Below are positions 8,957 to 18,017 of a stretch of 64,000 nt of DNA, in pieces. Position 1 is the first letter of the stretch; each line of letters begins with the position of its first letter. The translations under genes were made by a program, and so were the position numbers. The notes below the pieces were generated by a model. It saw nothing but the letters and a program-made list of their open reading frames with translations. It ran no database searches and was not told the DNA's origin. Origin of the DNA: an uncultured Fibrobacterota bacterium (GTDB lineage Bacteria > Fibrobacterota > Chitinivibrionia > Chitinivibrionales > FEN-1185); contig CAVWBU010000019.1 of assembly GCA_963753345.1 (NCBI GenBank), forward strand, positions 1-64,000, in the 5' to 3' direction.

Positions 8957-9443
8957 TGGGCGTTCCCCGTCAATGTAGAGACGTAGCGCGCTACGTCTCT
9001 ACATTGACGGGTCGGTCCACCCCTTCGGGTGCTTCCAAGGGTCGTCCCTGCGGGCTCGGCCGTTCGGCCTCGTTGCCGGACCGCCCTGTGCCTGTCGGCT
9101 GGGTCGGCCGGGAACGCGCTCCTGTGCGCCCTCCGGTCCACCTAACGCGCGGTAGAGGGATTCTTGTAAGTCAATTGCTTTCTCGCGCCAAACCGTCGCC
9201 TCACCCCGGCCGCTATCGCGGCCACCCCTCTCCACTCGGTGGAGAAGGGAAATGCAAATTGTTCCTTTTGTATTCCCGCTGTCAACTGTCAACCGTCAAC
9301 TTTCAACTCTCTTTCGTCGGTGCCCCCGCAGCCGAGGCTTCTTCTTGCAAACAAACTTCCTTGGGGGCTACCCAGGAGGGGGTAGCGCAGGACCCCGCAG
9401 GCCGAAGGCCGAGGAGGCCGGAGCGAGGGGGAAACTTCCCCCC
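8957..9443 (+). repeat. Structured repeat, copy C (complete, with nested REP-like, 27-nt and boxC-like inserts), between tig and clpP
   Basis: Same module 1 and module 2 anchors as copy A. Perfect 46-bp palindrome at 8966-9011. Confidence 0.9.
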
Positions 9444-9453
9444 CAAGTCATTT

Positions 9454-10737
9454 CTATTTCTTTTCCGCAACATCTTCTGCTTTTTCTGGAACATATTCTC
9501 CAATCAGAAAATCCAGCGTCTTCCGTTCGCGGATGTCCGACCTTATTCTATTGGTGGTGCCGTTGGCGCGCAGCGACTGTTTGAGCTGTTCGAACGGCTG
9601 CCCGTATGCGGCGGCAAGTTGCTCCACCTGGCGGTCCACCTCCGCCTGGGTCGCCTTGATCTTTTCCCTGGTGGCGACATACTCGATGATCTTGTAGCGC
9701 TTGATCGCCCGTATCGCCGAGTCGCGGTACTTCCGGTTGATTTCCTCCTCGGTGGGAAGCGGTTCGCCGGGGCGCGCATATTGCCGGATTTCGTCGGCCA
9801 TGTGTTCGAGGTAGCTTGTGATGCGCGATTCCGGGACCTCAAAAGGGCTCTTGTCCGCGAGCTTGGCGATGGCCTCGGAATACGCCTCGTTCTTCGAGCG
9901 CTCCTTTTCCCTGAGCTCAAGGTCCTTGCGCACCGCGTCGGCGAGCGCCGATTCGGTCTCGAAGTTGCCGAGCTTTTTGAGGAATTCGGGCGAAAGCGCG
10001 GGCACGATCTTTTCCTTGACCGCGTTGATCTTTACGGAGAAGAACGCGTCCTTGCCCGCAAGGTCTTTTGAGGAGAAGTCCCTGGGGAACCGGATGTCCA
10101 CGTCCACGGTTTCCCCGGCGCTGCGGCCGATGAGCGCCTTGTCGAATTCCTTTATTTCGCCGTTGCCGAGCTCGACCGGGTATTTGGGGTTCGAAAAATC
10201 CTTGCGCTCAACGCCGTCAATGATCACCTTGAGGTACTCGATGGCAACGCTGTCGCCCTTTTTCGCGGGCCGGACAACGTCGACGAGCTCGGCATGGCGC
10301 TGGCGCAATTCCTCGACCGCCTTTTCCACATCGCCGTCCTTGACTTTCCTGGGTTCGGCCCTGATGTTGAGGTTCGTGTAGGACTTTATTTCCACAGGCG
10401 GGTCGATTTCGAATTCTATGGAAAAGGAAACCGGCGCGCCTTCATCCGCCTTGAGGTTGCTTATTTTTCCCCGGCTGATGGGCGAAAGCGAGTTCTGTTT
10501 GCATGCGTCTTCGAACGACCGCTCGACAACGTCTTCCACGGTCTGCGCGTAGATCGATTTGCCGAACCTGGATTGCACAAGGTCGAGCGGGACTTTTCCG
10601 GCCCTGAAGCCGGGCAGGGAAATTTCCTTTTTGTACTGCGAAAGTTTTTTGTTGTACTCGCCTTCGACGTCCTCCTTGGGGATTTCGATGTCGAGAATGC
10701 GAATGTATGAACGCGGTTCGGAAATGGCAGCCTTCAA
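9454..10737 (-). CDS. tig: Trigger factor
   Basis: TTG start after GGAGG, PGFRAGKVP ribosome-binding motif, FKBP-like middle domain, tig-clpP-clpX synteny. Confidence 0.95.
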   Translation of the reverse strand: MKAAISEPRSYIRILDIEIPKEDVEGEYNKKLSQYKKEISLPGFRAGKVPLDLVQSRFGKSIYAQTVEDVVERSFEDACKQNSLSPISRGKISNLKADEGAPVSFSIEFEIDPPVEIKSYTNLNIRAEPRKVKDGDVEKAVEELRQRHAELVDVVRPAKKGDSVAIEYLKVIIDGVERKDFSNPKYPVELGNGEIKEFDKALIGRSAGETVDVDIRFPRDFSSKDLAGKDAFFSVKINAVKEKIVPALSPEFLKKLGNFETESALADAVRKDLELREKERSKNEAYSEAIAKLADKSPFEVPESRITSYLEHMADEIRQYARPGEPLPTEEEINRKYRDSAIRAIKRYKIIEYVATREKIKATQAEVDRQVEQLAAAYGQPFEQLKQSLRANGTTNRIRSDIRERKTLDFLIGEYVPEKAEDVAEKK

Positions 10738-10767
10738 ATAATCCTCCCGAAAAAAGAAATCCGGTGT

Positions 10768-10849
10768 TGCGAGAAGGGGGACTCGAACCCCCACAGGTTT
10801 CCCTACGAGATCCTAAGTCTCGCGCGTCTGCCAGTTCCGCCATCCTCGC
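10768..10849 (-). tRNA. tRNA-Leu(TAG)
   Basis: Reverse strand starts GCGAGGATGGCGGAACTGGCAGAC. Anticodon arm CGAGA-CTTAGGA-TCTCG, long variable arm, classic position upstream of tig. CCA not encoded. Confidence 0.95.
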
Positions 10850-10974
10850 AGACCATACAGCCTGATAAAAGCTTTTTGAACTTGGGCTATATGATTGTAA
10901 TTGAGGAAAATAACTGATACGGATGTGAAGTTACAAGCTAAGTATGCTGCAACTACTGGTTAATAGCACTCAGG

Positions 10975-11408
10975 TGGGGGAAGTGTCCCCCTAGGGTGCG
11001 ACTTCCGGCGCCTCCTTGCTAAATGCAAATTCCACAAAATCCGGAGGCGCCGGCGATCCGCACCCATACCCCCTCGTGGGTAGCCCCCAAGTAAGTTGAT
11101 TTGCAAGAAAGAAGCTTCGGCTGCGGGGGCACCGAGAAGAATAGTTGAGAGGTTGAGAAGTTGACACGTGTACGCGTAGCCGCGTTTACGTGTGCGTGTT
11201 TGGGACACAGATTGGCGCGAGAAAAGTGTTTGACTGATAAGAATTCTGTTGCCGCGCGTTAGGGGCGACTGGAGGCCGCGTTGGAGCGCGGTGCCGCCCG
11301 GACACGCCGCGCAGCGGCCTCGTGCCGAGGCGGCCCGAGGCCGAAGGCCGAGACCGGAAGGAGAACCGACCCGAGCCTGAGTCTTGACGAGGGGGAGGGA
11401 AACGCCCA
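10975..11408 (-). repeat. Structured repeat, copy D (complete)
   Basis: The reverse complement has TGGGCGTTTCCC...CCTAACGCGCGGCAAC...GGTGCCCCCGCA...GGGGGACACTTCCCCC. Confidence 0.9.
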
Positions 11409-11424
11409 ATTTTTTATTTATTTT

Positions 11425-13257
11425 TTATCGCGACGTATTAAAAGAATACCTCAGCCAGATGCGGTGCTGGGAAAGGTCGAGCAGGGGGCCGCTCGAAAGC
11501 GGATGGTTGTACTGGAACGAGTACAGATAGTCAAGCGTTACCGATCGGGAGATTCTCCAGGAGACGCTGGCATTGACCCAGTACACCCAGTAATCCGGAA
11601 GAATGGCGTGCTTTTCGAGAATAGGTTCTATGGGAAATTGTACGATGACCTCTCCCTCGGCGGTAATCGCCCGTCCGAGCCGAAGGGTCGCGTCGACCGA
11701 CGCTTCGGGACCGTAGGTAATGTTCACGGCGTCGTCTACTTTCTGCAAGATCTTGTAGTTCGCCTGGAAACGGGTGAGCAGGGTATCGAGCGTGTCTGCG
11801 GAGAGGGAAGAGGAAGACTTCTCCTCTTTGGTCTTTATTGCCGAGTCCCCTTCGTTCGTTATGTCCTGGTACTGGCCCCAAACGTTGCGTTGAGAATAGC
11901 CTATCCCAAGCCTGACTTTCGCGTCGAACACCCCAGAGGTGATCGCGTCCACATTCGCGCCGACGCCGAGATCGACGGACATCGGCGAAAATGACGGCTT
12001 GAGCCTTTTCGAACGCGAAACCGAGTCAACCGCGGTCACCGCCGAATCGGGGCCGGTAATGAGGAACAAGTGAAGTTGGGACGATTCCTCGAAGCGGTCG
12101 TACAGCGGGAAGAAGCTGGTCTCGAACTGCATCCGGCCGTATGGCCCGAGCCAGTGCATGATACGCCATATGTACAGGGAATACACCCGGAAATCATCGG
12201 ACGTGTTGTTGATTTCCGAGATGTTGAGATTTGAGAAGTTGAGCTCCTCGTCGAAGAAGAACTTGGTGTCCCACTCGCCCCTGCCTCTGGAGTGGTTGAC
12301 GCGGAGGTTGGTGAGGAGCACAATGGCCGAGTTGTTCGTGTCGTTGGTGGTGTTGAAGAGAATGCTGCCGCCGATATCGAGGCCGTATTTCCAGTGCGAC
12401 GTAATCTTGCGCGAAGCTTCACCGATATCGGTGACGCCTCCGCTCAGGATCTTTCCGGTCACCGAATCTTCAACCGCGATGAACTGGGTAAGCTCGCCCG
12501 GAAGGAGGCGCACCGTCACAAAGCTGGTGACGGCGTTATAGCCTCCGCCGGCCCCAAAAATCTTGTACAATCCCGGGTTGAGGATCCAGGTCTTGATGCG
12601 TTCGCCCTTGGTCGGGTCCCTTCCGTAGGCCCTTCCGAACGGTTCGAATTCGTCAAGCCGCACCAGTTCGTAGCTTCCCCGGAAGGGAATGTTGCTTTCG
12701 CTCACCACGTCCACCTGAAGGCCGCACCAGGTGGGGAACAGCATGGTGGTCCTGCCTTCGTCGACCACCACCCATTTCTCGATGCGCTGCTTGGTGGTGC
12801 CGTTTCCCAGGCGAACGCTGTAGGTGCCGGGAATGAGGCAGTATTTTTTCCCGGGCTTGCCCGTGAGCACCACCTTGCCGACCGAGTCGGCGATCTGGAC
12901 GTCGGGTTCGAGGGAAGGGTCCGATATTCTCGGCACGAACACCGCGCCTTTACCGATGGGAATAGGGGTTTCGTCTTCGTCGACCTGCTGGGTAACCGGC
13001 GGCGCGTCCCAGGTCTTTACCGCTTCTACGTACCATTCGGGCGCGTAAGGGGAAGAGACCGGCGCATGCACCGAGGCCGTATCTGCGACCACGCTCGCGC
13101 TTGCCGCGCCGGTTATTTCCTGGCCGGGGAGCGTCGGCGGCGGTTCGGCAAAGGCAACGGAGGCGCACAGCGCAAGAGCGAGACAGGGGAGGCGCACGAA
13201 TGCCGAAAGACGGCGACGCTTTGCGGGCAAGGCGAGCATATCACTCACCGCCTTCAC
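11425..13257 (-). CDS. Secreted, probable outer-membrane protein (N-terminal Ig-like domains plus C-terminal beta-barrel-like region)
   Basis: Signal peptide ending AFA. Alternating aromatic beta-strand pattern in the C-half, ending IWLRYSF. Overlaps the upstream lipoprotein gene. Confidence 0.7.
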   Translation of the reverse strand: MKAVSDMLALPAKRRRLSAFVRLPCLALALCASVAFAEPPPTLPGQEITGAASASVVADTASVHAPVSSPYAPEWYVEAVKTWDAPPVTQQVDEDETPIPIGKGAVFVPRISDPSLEPDVQIADSVGKVVLTGKPGKKYCLIPGTYSVRLGNGTTKQRIEKWVVVDEGRTTMLFPTWCGLQVDVVSESNIPFRGSYELVRLDEFEPFGRAYGRDPTKGERIKTWILNPGLYKIFGAGGGYNAVTSFVTVRLLPGELTQFIAVEDSVTGKILSGGVTDIGEASRKITSHWKYGLDIGGSILFNTTNDTNNSAIVLLTNLRVNHSRGRGEWDTKFFFDEELNFSNLNISEINNTSDDFRVYSLYIWRIMHWLGPYGRMQFETSFFPLYDRFEESSQLHLFLITGPDSAVTAVDSVSRSKRLKPSFSPMSVDLGVGANVDAITSGVFDAKVRLGIGYSQRNVWGQYQDITNEGDSAIKTKEEKSSSSLSADTLDTLLTRFQANYKILQKVDDAVNITYGPEASVDATLRLGRAITAEGEVIVQFPIEPILEKHAILPDYWVYWVNASVSWRISRSVTLDYLYSFQYNHPLSSGPLLDLSQHRIWLRYSFNTSR

Positions 13258-13945
13258 CCCGGAATTTTTCTATTTCCTTCTGCCTGCTGGAGTCGGCGCC
13301 GGCGGTGGAGTTGCCGCCCGCAGCGCCGTATTCCCTGAAAAGAACCGCGTCCATGTCGTGAACCGCCTGGTCCATGATGAATTCGAGGATCTCCGACATT
13401 TCCCGCACCACGTTGTCCGGCGAATATTGAAACACGCGTTTGCGGTTGTCGAATTCCCGGGAATACATGACGCGGCCGTCCGACAGCCTGGTCAGGGAGA
13501 GCCGTAACGCAAGGTGCGCGTACCACAACTGGTCGCTGTCGTATTCTTCGAGCGCCTCGATGACGCCCGACAACTCGTAATTCGGCTTGAGCCCTTCGTC
13601 ATAACGCCTGATGATGTGGCTCACGAAATTGATGCTTTCGAGATGCTTCTGGATAAGATCGGTGATCATCTTCTTGGGGCCCACCGCCCAAAGCTTGTAG
13701 AAATAATATCGCAGTTCATACGGGCTCTGGCGGTAGACAATCTGCGAACGGTTGTAGGCGTCCTCAATGTCAAGCTCCTTGAGCCGTATGGTAAAGGGGT
13801 ACGGCGTGGCAAGGAGGCGTCCCGTGCTCCGCATCGGAACATAGTTGAGGACATAGTACTGCTTTATAGGAATGGTCCCGCAGCACACCGCGACGGCGCA
13901 GGCGGCGCACGCGAGCAGCAGGATCCTGCGACGGCGACGTCTCAT
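13241..13945 (-). CDS. PqiC-like ABC transport auxiliary lipoprotein
   Basis: Lipoprotein-like signal (AVAVCC), then YYVL, IVYRQ...YKLWA. Lies directly downstream of mlaD. Confidence 0.8.
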   Translation of the reverse strand: MRRRRRRILLLACAACAVAVCCGTIPIKQYYVLNYVPMRSTGRLLATPYPFTIRLKELDIEDAYNRSQIVYRQSPYELRYYFYKLWAVGPKKMITDLIQKHLESINFVSHIIRRYDEGLKPNYELSGVIEALEEYDSDQLWYAHLALRLSLTRLSDGRVMYSREFDNRKRVFQYSPDNVVREMSEILEFIMDQAVHDMDAVLFREYGAAGGNSTAGADSSRQKEIEKFRGEGGE

Positions 13946-13946
13946 G

Positions 13947-14864
13947 TCAGTGTTCTCTCTCTTTCTGTTGTTCGCCCCTGAGGAGCAGCGACGGGTTTTC
14001 GGACAGCTCCTTGGCGAGCTGGTTCGCGTTTTCGAGGGCTTCCCTCAGGTTCTCCATGGAGACCGAGATGTCTTCCCGGTTCTGTTTTACCATGAGAAGG
14101 ACCGTTTCGGAAAGGTTCTTAAGCGACAATGCCGTGGAGTCGACGCGCGTGATGATTCGGGATATCTGCTGCTCCGAGAGGCTCCGGTTGAGCGTGCCTG
14201 CGACGCCATGGATGTCGGTCGAAATGCTGTCTATCTTGCCCATCACCTGCCGGGCCGTTTTCGCTATTTCCTTGAAATCGGGCCCGGCGCCGCCGAAAAA
14301 GCTTTTTGCGTCGGCCGTGACCGTCACGAGGTTGTCGAGGATTTTCTTGATGGACGCCAGGCTGTCCGGCTCTGAAATCGCGTTGAGGTGGTTGAGAAGA
14401 AGCTCGACTTTTGCCACGATCACGTCCACTTTCCCCGTGAGAGAAGAGAGCATCGACACCTTGGTGGGAATCTCCGAATTGGGGGGAAGCTCCGGCGACG
14501 CATTGGTGCCGCCCATGATGTCGAGATAGTTGAGGCCCGTGATGCCCATGGCCCACGACTGCGCGTACATGTCCTTCTTCATAGGGAAATCGCTCTGCAC
14601 CTTGAATGCCACCTTTACCCTCGAAAGGTTTTTCGGGTCGTAGCTTATCGCGGCGACTTTACCGATAAGAACGCCGTGGAACTTCACGGCCGAACCCTGC
14701 TCCAGCCCGCTCATCGATTCGCCGGCAAAATACGCGAAGTATGTTTTCTCCTTGTGGGACACGTGCAGGCCCAGCGGGATGGCCACGAGCACGAACGCAA
14801 GGCCGCACACCACGGCCACGAAAATGCCGAGACGGGCGCGTTGTGCCTTTGTCAAATCGCTCAT
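13947..14864 (-). CDS. mlaD: MCE/MlaD family protein with helical C-terminus
   Basis: N-terminal TM helix, SGLEQGSAVKFHGVLIGKV MCE motif, GITGLNYLDI, C-terminal ENPSLLL. Confidence 0.9.
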   Translation of the reverse strand: MSDLTKAQRARLGIFVAVVCGLAFVLVAIPLGLHVSHKEKTYFAYFAGESMSGLEQGSAVKFHGVLIGKVAAISYDPKNLSRVKVAFKVQSDFPMKKDMYAQSWAMGITGLNYLDIMGGTNASPELPPNSEIPTKVSMLSSLTGKVDVIVAKVELLLNHLNAISEPDSLASIKKILDNLVTVTADAKSFFGGAGPDFKEIAKTARQVMGKIDSISTDIHGVAGTLNRSLSEQQISRIITRVDSTALSLKNLSETVLLMVKQNREDISVSMENLREALENANQLAKELSENPSLLLRGEQQKEREH

Positions 14865-15670
14865 GCGGTCTGCTCCACGAGAAAAGGAAATTCCGATGCG
14901 GCACGGCCCTGCGCGGTCGCGCCCTCCTTGCGCATGAAAAAGTCGAACACCGGCCCCGAGGCCAGGCGCTTTGCCTGGGAAAAGGGGCCTTCGAAAAGAA
15001 CGCTTCCCTGGTACAAGAAGACGATGTTGTCGGCGATCTTTTCTATCGAGGCGAGCTCGTGGGTCACCACCACGATGGTGATCGACAGGGCCGACCGCAG
15101 CGACAGAAGCAGGTCGTCGAGCCCCGCGGCGGTCACGGGGTCGAGCCCGGCCGACGGTTCGTCGCAGAACAGAAGCGGCGGGTCGAGCGCAAGCGCGCGC
15201 GCAAGCGCCGCGCGCTTGCGCATGCCGCCCGACAGCTCTTCGGGAAGGAGCGACGCCGCGTGGGCGAGTCCCACCTGTGACAGCTTGAGATGCACCACCT
15301 CCCGCACAAGGGCGGGAGGCAGTTTCGTGTGCATCGTAAGGGGCAGCGCCACGTTTTCCTCCACGGTAAGCGATCCGAGCAGGGCGCCGTTCTGAAACAG
15401 GATGCCGGCGCGCTTGAGCAGTTCCATGGTTTCCGAAGAGTCAAGGTCGGAAAGCTTGGTGCCGAACAGGTGCACGCTGCCGCCCGACAAAGGGAGCAGC
15501 CCCACAATCGTCTTGAGCAGCGTGGTCTTGCCGCAGCCCGACGGCCCCAAGATCACGCGGATCTCGCGCGGCAGCACGGTGAGGCTTACGTTGTCAAGCA
15601 CGGTGCGGCGGCCGTAGCGGGCCGAAACGTTTCTCACCTCGACGATGGGCGATGCGGCATTTTCGGGCAT
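14861..15670 (-). CDS. mlaF: MlaF-like ABC transporter ATP-binding protein
   Basis: GPSGCGKT, LSGGMRKRAALARALALDP, CDEPSAGLDP, VVTHE. Confidence 0.92.
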   Translation of the reverse strand: MPENAASPIVEVRNVSARYGRRTVLDNVSLTVLPREIRVILGPSGCGKTTLLKTIVGLLPLSGGSVHLFGTKLSDLDSSETMELLKRAGILFQNGALLGSLTVEENVALPLTMHTKLPPALVREVVHLKLSQVGLAHAASLLPEELSGGMRKRAALARALALDPPLLFCDEPSAGLDPVTAAGLDDLLLSLRSALSITIVVVTHELASIEKIADNIVFLYQGSVLFEGPFSQAKRLASGPVFDFFMRKEGATAQGRAASEFPFLVEQTA

Positions 15671-15767
15671 AAGAGCACAACCCTCGGGATGTATTCGCGC
15701 AACGAAAGCGCGACGAAGATGCTTTCTCATTATACAACAGGCGCTTGCTTTTCCGCAAGAAGACATA

Positions 15768-16011
15768 ACCGCAAAGACGCAAAGGCCGCAAAGTTTGACA
15801 TGAAGGAAAGATTAAAACTTACCAAGCAGTTCATAAGTATGAGCACATATTCAGACTCGCCGCTCGTCCTGAGCTTGTCGAAGGATGAGCGACCGTTCAT
15901 GGTTCGACAAGCTCACCACGAACGGCAAACGTGTCCTTACTAATGAACTGCTTAGTAACATTGCAAAGTTGAAACATTGGCATTCCTTTGCGTTCTTTGC
16001 GTCTTTGCGGT
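15768..16011. repeat. Three nested inverted repeats between mlaE and mlaF
   Basis: Outer IR 15768-15793/15986-16011 (24/26 match). Middle IR 15819-15839/15938-15958 (19/21). Inner stem TGAGCTTGTCGAA/TTCGACAAGCTCA within 15860-15925. Confidence 0.85.
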
Positions 16012-16023
16012 GAACTCTTCTTA

Positions 16024-17103
16024 TCAGAAAATAAACGAAAAGGCCGCATCAGCCATGATGATCACAAAGATGCCCGTGACCACGCTCGCGGTGGTTTCCC
16101 TGCCCACCGCTTCGGCGCCGCCCCTCACCCGGAACCCGTGGAATGCGCCTATCCAGATAATAAGCCAGGAAAACACAACCGACTTCACGATATTTGCGAC
16201 CACATCGGCAAGCGCGATGTTCTTCATCATTTCGCGGATGAAAAGCCCGGACGATATGTCGAGGTACAGCACGGCCACCAGGTATCCGCTCAGAAGCCCG
16301 GTGAGCGATGCGGTGATGGACAGCAGGGGCATGGTGACCGACAGGGCGAAGAACTTCGGGACAATCACAAACTGGACCGGGTGGATGCCCATAGTACGGA
16401 GCGCGTCTATTTCCTCCCCGACGACCATGGTCGCGATTTCCGCGGTGATCGCGCTGCCGTTGCGCCCCGTGAGGATGATGGCGGTCATGAGCGGGCCGAG
16501 CTCCTTAATCATGGAAATTACGATCATGGGCGCAAGGAAGATTCCCGCGCCGAAATGTTCGAGCTGCATGGCAGCTTGCAGGGCCAGCACGTTGCCGATA
16601 AGAAACGAAAGCAGGCCAACGATGCCGAGCGCCTTGTACCCCATCTGGAACATCTGCTGCTCTATGGCGCCCTTCCTAAAGTCCCGTTTCTTGAGAAGTC
16701 CAAACGTGCCCCAGTACAGGATTTCGGCGAGCATTGACAAAGCGAGAACAAGCGTGTTGTAAAGCGCGGCGACGCTGTCGCCGAGGCGAAGCAGAATGTT
16801 TTGTTCCGGAGCCTGCCGCTGCGGACCGCCCCCCAGCGGGGGCGCCGCGCTGCGGAGGGCGGAGAGCACCGCGTCGGAGGCGTTGCGAAGAACAATTCTC
16901 TTTCCCGTTTTCGCGTACGCTTTTCCCACATACGAGAGCAGGGAAATGCCCGAGGAATCGATGAGCCGTGTTCTGGATGCGTCGAGCACGGGCGGGTCGG
17001 CGGCAGGATGCAAAAGAAGGTCCTGGCCCTCCTTTTCAATCCAGTCCCTGGTTACGGAAGCGGGCAGTTCTATAACAGAGGCCATAGGTGCATTTCCGGG
17101 CAT
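16024..17103 (-). CDS. mlaE: MlaE permease with N-terminal STAS-like domain
   Basis: IDSSGISLL STAS motif, KELGPLMTAIILTGRNGSAITAEIATM, EEIDALRTMG, VGRETTASVV. Confidence 0.92.
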   Translation of the reverse strand: MPGNAPMASVIELPASVTRDWIEKEGQDLLLHPAADPPVLDASRTRLIDSSGISLLSYVGKAYAKTGKRIVLRNASDAVLSALRSAAPPLGGGPQRQAPEQNILLRLGDSVAALYNTLVLALSMLAEILYWGTFGLLKKRDFRKGAIEQQMFQMGYKALGIVGLLSFLIGNVLALQAAMQLEHFGAGIFLAPMIVISMIKELGPLMTAIILTGRNGSAITAEIATMVVGEEIDALRTMGIHPVQFVIVPKFFALSVTMPLLSITASLTGLLSGYLVAVLYLDISSGLFIREMMKNIALADVVANIVKSVVFSWLIIWIGAFHGFRVRGGAEAVGRETTASVVTGIFVIIMADAAFSFIF

Positions 17104-17463
17104 CGGCGGCGTGCTGCCGCGCCGTCATTTCCTGTGCCGAAACGTTTTAGGCCCCTGTCCGGATGGCTTGACGGAATGGTATGCCGTCCTGTCAATCAAA
17201 ACCGGCAGGATTGCCTTGTTGTAAATGCCGAAGAATTATCGTGAAAATAACGTCTTATTTCAATTATTATCAATACATTACACGAGTTGAAGGCGTTGGA
17301 TTTCCAAGGATCCGCCCCTAAAATAATCCGAGAAAGTTGTTGATTTTTTTCCTTTTCGGCGATATATTTGGATGGCTGTTTGGGTTGCACCACTATCTAT
17401 TAGGAATATAAGTCTTAAGCAGCGCGTAAACACCTCCTAACCGGGAAAGGACGCGAAACGTCT

Positions 17464-17931
17464 ATGCAGTTACCCAAGTCAAGACGTCGCCAGAAACTTC
17501 GCGAAAAAAAGTGCCAGTATCCGGGGTGCGGAAAGATTTTTTTTGGCATCCACATTTCAAAGTACTGTCCCGAGCACAGGCAGGACAGGTACAGGATCCG
17601 CAAGCGGACCAAGCCGGAAGACGTCAATATAAAGAATCAGACCTTCAAGCACAATTACACCGAGGTGATCACCATGGTGCTCGATTGCGCGCTTGAGGGC
17701 TGCGATAACCAGTTCGAGGTGAAGATCTACCCCCGGCAGTACATTTATCCCAAGTACTGCCCGGAACACAGGAATGAATATAAGCGGGTGCGCCATCTGC
17801 GTCAAATAGGAAGGGAAGATCTCATCGAGCAGATGATGAGGGAAAGCGAAATGATGGAGATCGAGCCTCCTGCCGCCAAGGATAAGTCCGCCGAAACAGA
17901 CGATGTGGAGGCGGTCGACGACGTGGCGTGA
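17464..17931 (+). CDS. Hypothetical protein with two CxxxxC...KYCPEHR repeats and an acidic tail
   Basis: CQYPGC...KYCPEHR and CALEGC...KYCPEHR. Typical codon usage. Followed by a terminator. Confidence 0.8.
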   Translation: MQLPKSRRRQKLREKKCQYPGCGKIFFGIHISKYCPEHRQDRYRIRKRTKPEDVNIKNQTFKHNYTEVITMVLDCALEGCDNQFEVKIYPRQYIYPKYCPEHRNEYKRVRHLRQIGREDLIEQMMRESEMMEIEPPAAKDKSAETDDVEAVDDVA

Positions 17932-17956
17932 GCCGGCAGGTTTTGTTCCCTGAAGG

Positions 17957-17989
17957 GCGGGAGAAGGGTGAAGATCCTTTTCCCGTTTT
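17957..17989 (+). terminator. Probable intrinsic terminator
   Basis: CGGGAGAAGGG/TCCTTTTCCCG stem followed by a T run. Confidence 0.55.
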
Positions 17990-18017
17990 TATTTCCGTAT
18001 AATAAATATTAAGAATA

